A stretch of 35,320 nt of DNA from Candidatus Hermodarchaeota archaeon (lineage in GTDB: Archaea > Asgardarchaeota > Hermodarchaeia > Hermodarchaeales > Hermodarchaeaceae): positions 1 to 35,320 of the forward strand of contig JAEOTO010000001.1 of assembly GCA_016839805.1 (NCBI GenBank). Direction: 5' to 3'. The notes under the pieces were generated by a model. It made no database searches. It saw only the letters and a list, made by a program, of their open reading frames with translations, and was not told where the DNA came from. Below are positions 17,570-26,603 of this stretch, piece after piece; positions within the stretch are counted from its first letter, which is position 1, and every line of letters begins with the position of its first letter. The position numbers and the translations under genes were made by a program.

Positions 17570-17792
17570 CTAAGGCTTCGAGAAGACTCCGTACTTTCAG
17601 GGTAGGATTGAATAGTGGAGTTTAAATAGATTTTTAAAAGCTCCTTAGTCGAGGTCCCGGTCGGTGACCAAGAACCAAGGTCCACAGCGACCGGGCAACA
17701 TCGCCGGAACGGCGAGTAGAGCCTGTGGACCAGTCGACAATAGTCGATGGCATGAAGCAGGAAGCCTCGTCCTTCAAGTCGGAGTAGTTCAC
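17570..17792 (+). mobile_element. Non-autonomous IS200/IS605-family mini-element, copy 2, 223 bp (left hairpin degraded)
   Basis: Colinear with 12243-12461: CCTTAT flank, left-end remnant AGAAGACTCCGTACTTTCAGG, TTTAAA, scaffold, and GAAG...GTAGTTCAC right end. Confidence 0.8.
17621..17626 (+). promoter_or_regulatory. TATA box inside mini-element copy 2
   Basis: TTTAAA at the same position relative to the scaffold as in copy 1. Confidence 0.6.
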
Positions 17793-17812
17793 AGTTGTCC
17801 TTCCAGGCACCA
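17651..17812 (+). ncRNA. TnpB omegaRNA/reRNA-like scaffold (17651-17792) plus putative guide AGTTGTCCTTCCAGGCACCA
   Basis: Stems CCCGGTCG/CGACCGGG, TCGCCG-GAA-CGGCGA, CCTGT/GCAGG and TCGAC-AATA-GTCGA; homologous to copy 1. Confidence 0.7.
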
Positions 17813-17900
17813 CTATGGTTTGCCCCGTAGTAATCAAATACTTTTAAGGAAAAACCACATAGGAAGTCCGCCTTCAACTCATCTTAACAGGGTGAATGCA

Positions 17901-18290
17901 ATGGCTGAAGAATATGGAGTAGTATTACGCATCACATTCATCATCCACGTCATCGTCGGGTTCATCTATGGGCTTGGTTTCTTACTGATTCCTGACTTTC
18001 TTGCACCAATGTTCGGCCTCACTTTCACTGACCCAACCGTTCGAGTCTTAGGAGCAGTGTTGATCGCTTTCACAATCGGATCTCTCCTCTGTTTAATGGC
18101 CAAAGAATGGGTAAGAGTTAAAGTCGTTGTTGAAATGAATCTCATTTGGACCGTCCTCGGAGCCATCGTTATCACTTATCATTTCTTTTTCCCACCAATA
18201 TACAACATTAATGCCTGGCTTAACGTTGGAATCTTTACGCTGCTCTTCTTTCTCTTCCTCGTTTCCTACATCCGAGAAGTCCGAAGCTAA
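17901..18290 (+). CDS. Hypothetical 4-TM membrane protein
   Basis: GGGTGA RBS before ATG 17901; the upstream ORF extension is mini-IS sequence. Confidence 0.8.
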   Translation: MAEEYGVVLRITFIIHVIVGFIYGLGFLLIPDFLAPMFGLTFTDPTVRVLGAVLIAFTIGSLLCLMAKEWVRVKVVVEMNLIWTVLGAIVITYHFFFPPIYNINAWLNVGIFTLLFFLFLVSYIREVRS

Positions 18291-18319
18291 TCAACATTTC
18301 ATCCTACTCCCCACGGGGT

Positions 18320-18359
18320 TGACTGATAGGGGTTACTTCTATCAGTCACCTTCTCTTTT
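18320..18359 (+). terminator. 10-bp inverted repeat plus pyrimidine tract, putative terminator
   Basis: TGACTGATAG (18320-29) / CTATCAGTCA (18339-48), then CCTTCTCTTTT, 30 nt after a stop codon. Confidence 0.6.
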
Positions 18360-18461
18360 ATTACAATCCAGAAATGCAATGATTAGAGATATTCGGGTGT
18401 ACCAAAAAATAAATAATTAGGCAAGCCTAAAATATAAATCGTATGTCTGGAGTTTAACTTC

Positions 18462-19058
18462 ATGCAATTCTTTGGAATAGAATTTTTTCCCTTGCTCACA
18501 ATTGGCATCTGGAATGGATGGATTCTCCTTCTCATTTTCTGGGTGGTTGAGCTTGTCTTAGTGGTGTCCTTTCCGAAGGGAACGCGAGGTCGGCTCTTTG
18601 AATATGATCATGCTACCTGGACAAAACGACACCGGGGCTTCCTCTACATTGGTAAAAGCTTCTCTCTCATCAGTCTTATCCTGTTCTTTTTTACTTCCTT
18701 GAAATTTGGCACGCCAGTATTCTATATCGGGCTCGTCATCTACGCCATCGGATTAATCGCATTTAGCATCGCTGTTATTAATTTCCGTAACACTCCCATC
18801 GATGAGCCGGTCACTCGAGGCATCTATCGGTATTCCCGCAACCCACAGGTGCTTACAATTCTAATCACGACCGTGGGCATTAGCCTGGCAGTAGGCTCAG
18901 GTATTGCTCTTTGCATTATGGTCATCTCAGCGATTTTTAACCGAGCACGGCTCATTGAAGAAGAAAAGGCCTGTCTAGTTAAATACGGTAACTCCTACCG
19001 CGAATACATGGAACGAGTCCCCCGATACCTGCTAATTAAAACCAAGATCACCAACTAG
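18462..19058 (+). CDS. Isoprenylcysteine carboxyl methyltransferase / PEMT family membrane protein
   Basis: VTRGIYRYSRNPQ and EEKACLVKYGNSYREYMERVPRY motifs; multiple TM helices. Confidence 0.88.
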   Translation: MQFFGIEFFPLLTIGIWNGWILLLIFWVVELVLVVSFPKGTRGRLFEYDHATWTKRHRGFLYIGKSFSLISLILFFFTSLKFGTPVFYIGLVIYAIGLIAFSIAVINFRNTPIDEPVTRGIYRYSRNPQVLTILITTVGISLAVGSGIALCIMVISAIFNRARLIEEEKACLVKYGNSYREYMERVPRYLLIKTKITN

Positions 19059-19348
19059 CTTTCCCATTCATTAGCATAAGCTTCACATGCTTCTGCAATC
19101 TCCAATGCATAGCCTTTTGCGATATTGAATTTCTGGCGAATTCGCCACTCCCCCTCTTTATTCCGTTGCCATCCCACCAATCGTAACTGCTGACCTTTAG
19201 CCTGTTCAATTAGGATAATTGCCTTATGCCAATTCGGTGTTTTCGTCAAGGTCTTACCACGAAGAATTTTCAACTTCGAACGATGTGGAAACGAATCACC
19301 TGGCTCATCTAACAGTGTAGATAGTCCTTTGAAGTACACTTCACACAC
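19055..19348 (-). CDS. Small basic hypothetical protein, possible PC4/Whirly-like nucleic-acid-binding fold
   Basis: Trp/Lys/Arg-rich beta meander (WHKAIILIE, LRLVGWQ, WRIRQKFNI) followed by one helix; start uncertain. Confidence 0.6.
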   Translation of the reverse strand: MCEVYFKGLSTLLDEPGDSFPHRSKLKILRGKTLTKTPNWHKAIILIEQAKGQQLRLVGWQRNKEGEWRIRQKFNIAKGYALEIAEACEAYANEWES

Positions 19349-19402
19349 CCAGTAAATACCTTAAGAATAGAATAACGGATGAATGTTTTCATTCCCGGGT
19401 GA

Positions 19403-20506
19403 TTAAAAATATTCAGCCAATGACACTTGTCCCCTCATCCGTGTCAGATTCGTCACCCGAACGCCAACCAAACGTAACGCGGTATCTGGCTTCCGATGTT
19501 CCTCAAACAACGATGTTACCGTCTTGTACAATGTTTCTGGATTATTTGTACTCACGGGTAAAGTACGACTCCGTTGTATCGTTGTGTAATCCCGGTACCG
19601 GATTTTCACTGTCACGGTTCGGAAATGATAGGATTTCGACTGGAGCTTTTGGCTAATCCTTGTTGAAAGAGCTTCCAAGGTTTCCAGTGCAACCTCCATT
19701 GAGTTTGGGTCAACATCCTTAGAAAACGTCCGATCTTTACCCATTGATTTGCGGCGCCATGGACCAGATCGGATGATTCCTCGGTTATCAATGCCCCATG
19801 CTCGATCATACAACCATTTCGCTCCCTTTCCCATGCTGGGAAAGAGTTCTTGAAGGGTCATCTGCTGAATCTGACCAAGTGTCGTAATACCGAATTTCTT
19901 CAGGCGATTACCTGTGACTCGACCAATGCCATTTATCGCTGTTACTTCTAACGGAGCAAGAAATCTGGCAACCGCCTTTGGATCCTGTGGAACCAAAGTA
20001 ATACCCATCGGCTTATTCTGATCAGTAGCAATTTTTGCCACTGCCATATTAGGCGCAATGCCAATCGAACAGGGGAGCTTCGTCTCCTCACGAATGGTTT
20101 TTTGAATTTCTTGTGCTAACGCCTTCGGACCTGGATACTTTTTTACGCTTTCTGTCACCTCAAGGTAGGCCTCATCTATACTCGCCTTACGAATCCTGTG
20201 CTCATCCGCAAACCGTGTAATTACCTTCATGACTTCATCAGAAGCTTCGAAGTAGTTCGAAAAATCCCCAAATACAAAGACTGCTTCAGGACACAAGTTG
20301 TACGCCTTCAGCACAGACATGGCTGATTTGATACCAAATGCCCGTGCCTCATATGACGCTGCACGAACCACTCCACGACCTTTACCCTGCTTGGGATCAG
20401 GACCCACACAAAGCGGGCGCCCAATATATTCAGGATGGAGTCGAAACTGCTCAACCGAAGCATAGAATGCATCCATGTCAATGTGAAAAATCCAACGGGC
20501 CATCAT
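19403..20506 (-). CDS. dinB: DNA polymerase IV (Y family)
   Basis: HIDMDAFYASVE, AASYEARAFGIKSAM, SIDEAYL, AKIATD.NKP.G, little-finger VTVKIRY and LRLVGV. Confidence 0.96.
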   Translation of the reverse strand: MMARWIFHIDMDAFYASVEQFRLHPEYIGRPLCVGPDPKQGKGRGVVRAASYEARAFGIKSAMSVLKAYNLCPEAVFVFGDFSNYFEASDEVMKVITRFADEHRIRKASIDEAYLEVTESVKKYPGPKALAQEIQKTIREETKLPCSIGIAPNMAVAKIATDQNKPMGITLVPQDPKAVARFLAPLEVTAINGIGRVTGNRLKKFGITTLGQIQQMTLQELFPSMGKGAKWLYDRAWGIDNRGIIRSGPWRRKSMGKDRTFSKDVDPNSMEVALETLEALSTRISQKLQSKSYHFRTVTVKIRYRDYTTIQRSRTLPVSTNNPETLYKTVTSLFEEHRKPDTALRLVGVRVTNLTRMRGQVSLAEYF

Positions 20507-20631
20507 ACCGACCTAGATACAAAGGTGTCTATACGCAGTGCTTCTAGGAACTGAGTATTAAATGGGAAGAGGGACCCAAAGCGAAGTGGGTTATTACCAG
20601 CAGCCCTTTCATACTCATGTTGGACTGAACG

Positions 20632-21483
20632 TTATTTCCGCCAGATGAACGTTTGCAAGTGTTCATCAATTGAAAATCCCAGTTTTTCATAAACATGGAT
20701 GGCCCGTGTGTTCACAGCACTCACACCCAACTTCGCCTCTTTACAACCTTCATCTTGAAACAATTTTAAGCAAAACTGCAACATTTCACTCCCTACTCCC
20801 TTCCCCCGATGCGACGGTGCCACACCAATGTTACTAACCCATCCTGCTTGAGGACGCAAATCAAGGACACCCACAATCTCATCACCCAAATACACGAAGA
20901 ACAACGTAATTTGAGCAAACCACATATCAAGTAACTGTTCAGGGATATTTTCCAGATTTTGTAATACGAGATCCAATACATTATCAGAAGACCCACTCAT
21001 GAACTTCTTCATCAAGGGGAAAAATTGATCCAATTCCTCCCGAGCTAGTCTTCTAAAGCGGAGGTTTCCTGGCTGGTCAATTGGTTTATCCAAGGGGCGT
21101 GTCATCTCATATCGGTTTGCGAGTTCGTCAAATCCAATCCTCGCTAAATGGTGTGCAATACCGGTTTGTTCAGCAGGAAAAATCACATACGCATAATCCA
21201 CCTTCTTGGCTTTGGACAATTTCAAGGCCTCCGAAAGAAACTCCTCCAGCACTGATGTAGGCTGTTCGTAATCTACAACATGAAATCGGGATAACGGGGT
21301 TCCCACAGGGGCTAGTAATTGGAGAGGCTCCTTTCCGACAAAGAAAAGTCCCACGACATCTTTGTCAAAAAGAAATACCCAGTAGGGTAAACCAAGTGGT
21401 TCATACTGTGACGTATAGGCAGATATGCTCTCTTTTACCGAGGCCAATTCTGCATCATTATGAGCGATAACACGCAAAACCAT
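20632..21483 (-). CDS. Tandem GNAT-family acetyltransferase (paralog of 8137-9006)
   Basis: IGVAPSHRGKGVG and NTRAIHVYEKLGF; N-terminal PYW...VG...KEP shared with 8137-9006. Confidence 0.88.
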   Translation of the reverse strand: MVLRVIAHNDAELASVKESISAYTSQYEPLGLPYWVFLFDKDVVGLFFVGKEPLQLLAPVGTPLSRFHVVDYEQPTSVLEEFLSEALKLSKAKKVDYAYVIFPAEQTGIAHHLARIGFDELANRYEMTRPLDKPIDQPGNLRFRRLAREELDQFFPLMKKFMSGSSDNVLDLVLQNLENIPEQLLDMWFAQITLFFVYLGDEIVGVLDLRPQAGWVSNIGVAPSHRGKGVGSEMLQFCLKLFQDEGCKEAKLGVSAVNTRAIHVYEKLGFSIDEHLQTFIWRK

Positions 21484-21751
21484 ATCCAAAGAACCCCGTT
21501 TGATGATTAATAGCCTTTCTTGAGAGTTTATACTTATAATCACTCACAATACACCGCAACTAGTTTAGATCCTTTTTGAAAACACACTTGTCACTCACAA
21601 CGACCACAAACGAAAAGCTACGAACGGTGAAGGCAAGTCCCTAGAGGGCTCTCAAGAGATATTGCGAATTCGACAACCAAAAGATACCAAAATCACGCTT
21701 TTAGCAGGGCTTAAAATCCTAAACTGCCTTAATCTAAGGACTGGTGATGGC

Positions 21752-22240
21752 TTGGGAGAAAATAATGACCTGTTCCAGCGGTCAGTCGCCGCCTTCACTG
21801 GCGGTAACCCCGAACGCGCGAAACAACAAATTCTAAAGCTTCTCGAAAAAGATCAAAATAACCTTGAACTCCTCACGTTCCTCACTGCAATCTACCAGCA
21901 ATACCAGCAACCCCAAGACGCCCTTCACACCGCCCAACGTATCACCCAACTCGAACCTACCAACCCACAACATTGGAACAACTTGGGTTATCTCAACATC
22001 ATCTTAGGTCGATGGAAAGAAGCGGAAGCATGCTACGCAAAAGCTACCTCGCTCCCCAACGCATCTCCCACCATTTTTCTTCACCATGCACTGACCCTTA
22101 TTGAACTTAAGCAACAGAAAGCCGCCCTCAAAGATCTTCAGCATGCGCTGGCAATATCGCTCTCTGGTGAACTTGAATCCACCATCCAAACCGATCCCCA
22201 GTTCACTAAACTCCGCCCCCTCCTAGCAAAATTAGAGTGA
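21752..22240 (+). CDS. Tetratricopeptide repeat protein
   Basis: WNNLGYLNIILGRWKEAEACYAKA TPR; terminal IQTDPQFTKLR capping motif; GGTGA RBS before TTG 21752. Confidence 0.85.
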   Translation: MGENNDLFQRSVAAFTGGNPERAKQQILKLLEKDQNNLELLTFLTAIYQQYQQPQDALHTAQRITQLEPTNPQHWNNLGYLNIILGRWKEAEACYAKATSLPNASPTIFLHHALTLIELKQQKAALKDLQHALAISLSGELESTIQTDPQFTKLRPLLAKLE

Positions 22241-22413
22241 TAATCAACTCTTTGAAATTCTAATAGTATTTTTTTTCTGGTTTTCCTCAAAGCGAGTAGT
22301 TATACTGAAAGGACAGCGACTCTTACAAGAAGGGCAGGTTAAAAAAGAAATATGAACTGGCATAACTAGTAGCAGGAGGAAATAATCGCTAGAACTTCCG
22401 GGGAAGAAATAAC

Positions 22414-24981
22414 TTGACTGGTACGCCTCTCAAAGAACTGTCTCGTGCGAAACGGTTGTTGGAAAAGGGTGAATACCAAAAATCATTCGTTTTGGCAGAT
22501 GAGCTCTTAGAATCCTGTCGTGATACTGAGAATCCTTTGATTGTTGTGGACATCTTGAGAGTCAAAGCCGAGACTGCTTGGCGCTCAGGTCAACTGGAGG
22601 CGGGGCTTAATGCAGTGACAGAAGGTAAAGCATTACTCAAAGCCATAGAAAACAAACAAGGTGCAGACCAGGAAAACCAAATTAGGCAAAAGAAAGGAGA
22701 CTTCCTGCATCACGAGGGAATTATCTACTGGTATAAGGGTGACCTCGAAGCCGCATTAGAGCATCACAGGCAAAGCCAAGCAATTAAAGAACAATTAGGC
22801 GACAGAAAGGGGCTTGCGGCCTCGTATAATAATTTAGGCCTCGTTTATTGGTCCAAAGGGGATCTTGATCAAGCGCTGGAATATTTTCAGCGGGCTTTAG
22901 CCATCAATAAAGAGCTGGGTGACAAACGGAACATTGCCGTGACACTTACTAACTTGGGTAATGTGTATACAAGAGCAGGGGATCTCGATCAAGCATTAGA
23001 GTACCAAACACAGAGTTTAGCCATCAAAGAGGAGCTGGATGACAAACATGACATTGTCATGTCGCTTATCAACTTAGGCGTCGTTTATCAATTGAAGGGA
23101 GACCTCATCGAAGCACTTGAGTATTATCAGCAGAGCTTAGTACTCAGCGAGGAGCGGGGAATCAAACGTGATATCGCTTTGGTGATCAATAATCTCGGTA
23201 ATATCTACCAGTTGAAAGGCGACCTCGACCAAGCGTTGGAGTACTTTCAGAGGAGCTTGGAAATCTATCAGGAATTGGGCAGCAAAGAGAATACAGCCTT
23301 ATTACTAGCCAATATTAGTGAAATTTACCGGAAGAAAGGCAATCTCAAAGAAGCGCAAAAATACTATCAACAAAGTTTGAAAATATATGATGCGATGGGC
23401 AACGCTCCGTTAACTGCCATCGTCCTTTTAGAACTCGTGTGGATTGGTTTAGAACGAGAAAATCCTCGTCTGGTAGAACAATCCCTTCAAAGACTCCAGC
23501 AAATCAATGAGCAAACCGATAACCGGATCATCAACCAGCGGTATCGTATTGCCACAGCCCTAGTCCTTAAGGCTAGCAAACGTGCCCGGGACAAGATGAA
23601 GGCAGGAGAAATACTTGAGCAAGTGGTCGAAGAAGAAGTCGGAGATCACTCACTTACCGTCACTGCAATGATCCATTTATGCGATCTGTTACTTTCTGAA
23701 CTGAAGATGACGGGAGAAGACGAGTTGTTTGGGAAAATCAAGAATCTGACCAAACAGCTCCTCGAAATTGCCGAACGACAAACTTCACACTCACTGCTCG
23801 CAGAAACTTACTTGCTTCAATCTAAACTCGCCCTAATCGAACTGGACATGGGACGAGCTAAGAAATTACTAACAACGGCCCATCATATCGCACAAGAGAA
23901 AGGATTAGACAAACTCTCCTCCACATTAGAGAATGAACGAAATCAGCTCCAGTCTCAAATGCAAAAATGGGAACTACTCATCAAAGAAAATCCCTCTAAG
24001 CAAGAGCTAATAGACCTAACAAAACTTGACGACTTCCTTGACACAATGATTCAAAAAACAGTAGCAGACCTCATGGAAGAAAGGGGGATCTCGGACACTT
24101 CACTAAAAACAAAATACAAACTAGAATATCTTGACCTACTCAAAGTCACTCCCAAAATCGTGAAAAACCAATACCGTGTAGGCATCGCCCAAATTGGTTT
24201 ATCACAAACCGATGACATCCTCCACGAATTCTACGAAGAACAAGCACCTGGACTTTTTAGTATCCGCCAGGACAAAATAAACCTAGTTCGAACTACACTT
24301 AGAAAAATGGTCAAACTTGCCAATTCCAAGAACATCAACATCCTCATCCTCCCAGAACTCACCATCGACCTAAATTACACCGAATTATATGACGACGTAT
24401 TAACCCTAGCAAAAACCTACAATATGTACATCATTCCTGGATCCTATCATGATCCGAAAACCAAACGTAACCTCAGCATCGTCGTCGCCCCCGAAGGGAT
24501 TCTGTGGAACCAAGAAAAGCACATCCCCGCTAACATCAACTTCAAAGGAAAACGGATTACCGAAGGCATCAACACAACAACACCCCGAACAATCATAATC
24601 GGCAATACCGAATATGGACGAATCGCCATTGTTCTCTGCCGTGATTTTCTTGACATGGACTTACGAGTCGAACTGAAAAACTTCGAACCTCCAATTGACC
24701 TCCTCATCAACCCCGCATTCACCCCCGTAACCGCCGACTTCAAGGCGGCACACTTCGACGCTCGCCGATCAATCTACGCATACTGCTTTTTTGCCAATGT
24801 TGCCGAATTCGGCGACTCCCTCATCTACACTCCCGAAAAAGAACGAACTGAACGAACCATTCCACCAAAAGAAGAAAATCTAATCTACAAAGACATCGAC
24901 TTATTCAAATTACGCTCCGAACGCAAAAAATGGGAACACGAGCAAAAGAAACAACGTCCCTTCATTCAAAGCACTCGATAA
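22414..24981 (+). CDS. TPR-repeat protein with C-terminal carbon-nitrogen hydrolase (nitrilase-fold) domain
   Basis: 40-aa TPRs (NNLG.VY..KGDLDQALEY); nitrilase triad motifs LPEL, QEKHIP and LCRDF, plus VGIAQ, IIPGS and ANVAEFGDS. Confidence 0.9.
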   Translation: MTGTPLKELSRAKRLLEKGEYQKSFVLADELLESCRDTENPLIVVDILRVKAETAWRSGQLEAGLNAVTEGKALLKAIENKQGADQENQIRQKKGDFLHHEGIIYWYKGDLEAALEHHRQSQAIKEQLGDRKGLAASYNNLGLVYWSKGDLDQALEYFQRALAINKELGDKRNIAVTLTNLGNVYTRAGDLDQALEYQTQSLAIKEELDDKHDIVMSLINLGVVYQLKGDLIEALEYYQQSLVLSEERGIKRDIALVINNLGNIYQLKGDLDQALEYFQRSLEIYQELGSKENTALLLANISEIYRKKGNLKEAQKYYQQSLKIYDAMGNAPLTAIVLLELVWIGLERENPRLVEQSLQRLQQINEQTDNRIINQRYRIATALVLKASKRARDKMKAGEILEQVVEEEVGDHSLTVTAMIHLCDLLLSELKMTGEDELFGKIKNLTKQLLEIAERQTSHSLLAETYLLQSKLALIELDMGRAKKLLTTAHHIAQEKGLDKLSSTLENERNQLQSQMQKWELLIKENPSKQELIDLTKLDDFLDTMIQKTVADLMEERGISDTSLKTKYKLEYLDLLKVTPKIVKNQYRVGIAQIGLSQTDDILHEFYEEQAPGLFSIRQDKINLVRTTLRKMVKLANSKNINILILPELTIDLNYTELYDDVLTLAKTYNMYIIPGSYHDPKTKRNLSIVVAPEGILWNQEKHIPANINFKGKRITEGINTTTPRTIIIGNTEYGRIAIVLCRDFLDMDLRVELKNFEPPIDLLINPAFTPVTADFKAAHFDARRSIYAYCFFANVAEFGDSLIYTPEKERTERTIPPKEENLIYKDIDLFKLRSERKKWEHEQKKQRPFIQSTR
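22741..23400 (+). repeat. Degenerate 120-bp tandem coding repeat (TPR units)
   Basis: GA(T/C)CT.GA.CAAGC-like units start at 22741, 22861, 22981, 23101, 23221 and 23341. Confidence 0.85.
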
Positions 24982-25124
24982 CTGATCAACGTGATGAACA
25001 GACAAAGACAGAAATAAACCAGAACCTTAATTGTTCTCATACCATAATAATTAAATATCAATTAGAAATATAACATTCACAAATCATGAGAACAATACAT
25101 GAATCTCATGGAGGTTGATTCATT

Positions 25125-26063
25125 TTGAAAATAATTTACCGAACCTATGAGCCCGATCAAGGCTTAGATGAACTCCAAGCCCGAATCTACACCGAAGCCT
25201 CCGGTCTTCCTGTTCAAGCAGAACAGATCCGGCAACGTAACTTGAGTCGGCAACCCGAAATGACCCGTTACGCGCTCACCGACAAGGGCGAACCTCTAGC
25301 ATATATTACCGCCCGTGATTCCAGTTCAGAACTGGGTAGAACCTACATCGGTTATCCTTGGACCATGCAAGGCACTCCGATCGAAGTTCAAACCAAGCTG
25401 TTTAACGGTATGTTCGATTATCTTAAAAATCGGGAAAAGACCCTCGAAATCGCCACCACGATTGTCCTCACCGCTAAAATCGCAGATCAGCAATTTGACT
25501 TCTTCCACAGCAAAGGGTTCGTTGAAAAGAACCGTCTGTACCGTTACAACCTTGATTTCGATGCCATTGAGGTCAGCACCTGGAAGAAATCTAAAGAAAT
25601 TAGCAATTTCACCAGTCGTGGAGCTACCATAGACGATTTACATCTTCTTATCGAACTTTCTCAAGCCGATGCCTTTCTTAATCCCGCCTTTCCAACCCCC
25701 GAAGCACGTAAAATCTACTTTAAGGATCGTGTCCTCAAAGACGGGCACGCCGTAATAGTGTTTGATAACAGTCAACCCGTCGCGGCAAGTGCCTTACTTC
25801 GTCTCAAACCCAACCAACTTTTTCTGACAGGAAAAGAAGAACGGATTGTCATGCGGTTTACTGCCATTCGATCCGGCTTTCGTCACGCGTGGAAACGGCT
25901 CCTTATCGCCATGGCCAATGAAGTTCAAGCTGCTGGATGGGCAAAAATTCCATTAAGGGTGTCGTTTAACTTCCAAGCATCCGCACCTCTCGCAACAACA
26001 CTCGCTGAAATGCAATCCGAACTCGAATTATTCGAAGTCGTTCTTACCCTTCCCAACAAGTGA
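25125..26063 (+). CDS. Hypothetical protein, degenerate tandem GNAT-like fold
   Basis: IYRTYEP..., FFHSKGF, RGATIDDL, AIRSGFRHAW patterns; canonical motif A is absent; GGAGGTTGA RBS. Confidence 0.7.
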   Translation: MKIIYRTYEPDQGLDELQARIYTEASGLPVQAEQIRQRNLSRQPEMTRYALTDKGEPLAYITARDSSSELGRTYIGYPWTMQGTPIEVQTKLFNGMFDYLKNREKTLEIATTIVLTAKIADQQFDFFHSKGFVEKNRLYRYNLDFDAIEVSTWKKSKEISNFTSRGATIDDLHLLIELSQADAFLNPAFPTPEARKIYFKDRVLKDGHAVIVFDNSQPVAASALLRLKPNQLFLTGKEERIVMRFTAIRSGFRHAWKRLLIAMANEVQAAGWAKIPLRVSFNFQASAPLATTLAEMQSELELFEVVLTLPNK

Positions 26064-26408
26064 TGTGAAAAAACTTCCTTCTAAAATTATTCTCGATATA
26101 AATAAAATACGCAGAAGTCTCCTTGAAACATTTCAAGCTAACACAGACCAGAAAAAACCTTGTCACGATCGAACAAAATGAAATACTGTTAACACAGCTA
26201 TGGAAGAGAAACACCTTTAAACCATAAACGGCTTCCCCACTCCTAGTAGCAAATAGGATCTAGTTTCGTCTTTTTGAAGAAATTCAGCTTATCGTGCTAT
26301 ATCGCTATTCCAATGAATTCCATTCATGGAACAGCACGGTTACGTGACACAACCAACTGCACCTGAAAAGTAACCACAAACCAATCGATGCGAATCGAGG
26401 TGAATAAT

Positions 26409-26603
26409 ATGGAAAAAGGAACTGTCAAATGGTTTAATCCCGACCGCAACTATGGCTTCATCGAACGCGAAAACGGTTCAGATGTCTTCGTCCATGGCAG
26501 CGAAGTTCAAGGCGACCGCCTCCTCAAAGAAGGCGATAAAGTCACCTTCAACGTCGAAGAAGGCGACCGCGGCCTCAAAGCCACCAACGTCTCAGTCGAA
26601 TAA
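26409..26603 (+). CDS. cspA: Cold-shock protein (CSD)
   Basis: GTVKWFN, RNP1 YGFI, RNP2 VFVH, G..ATNV; GAGGTGA RBS. Confidence 0.95.
   Translation: MEKGTVKWFNPDRNYGFIERENGSDVFVHGSEVQGDRLLKEGDKVTFNVEEGDRGLKATNVSVE

Noticed and set aside
18462-19058. Functional link between the ICMT-family gene and the Rab-like GTPase (prenyl-Cys methylation)
   Set aside because: They are 16 kb apart, the GTPase has no C-terminal Cys motif, and this family is widespread in prokaryotes.
21540-21600. Direct repeat TCACTCACAA x2 in a divergent intergenic region
   Set aside because: Only two 10-mers in low-complexity C/A-rich sequence; not enough to call.
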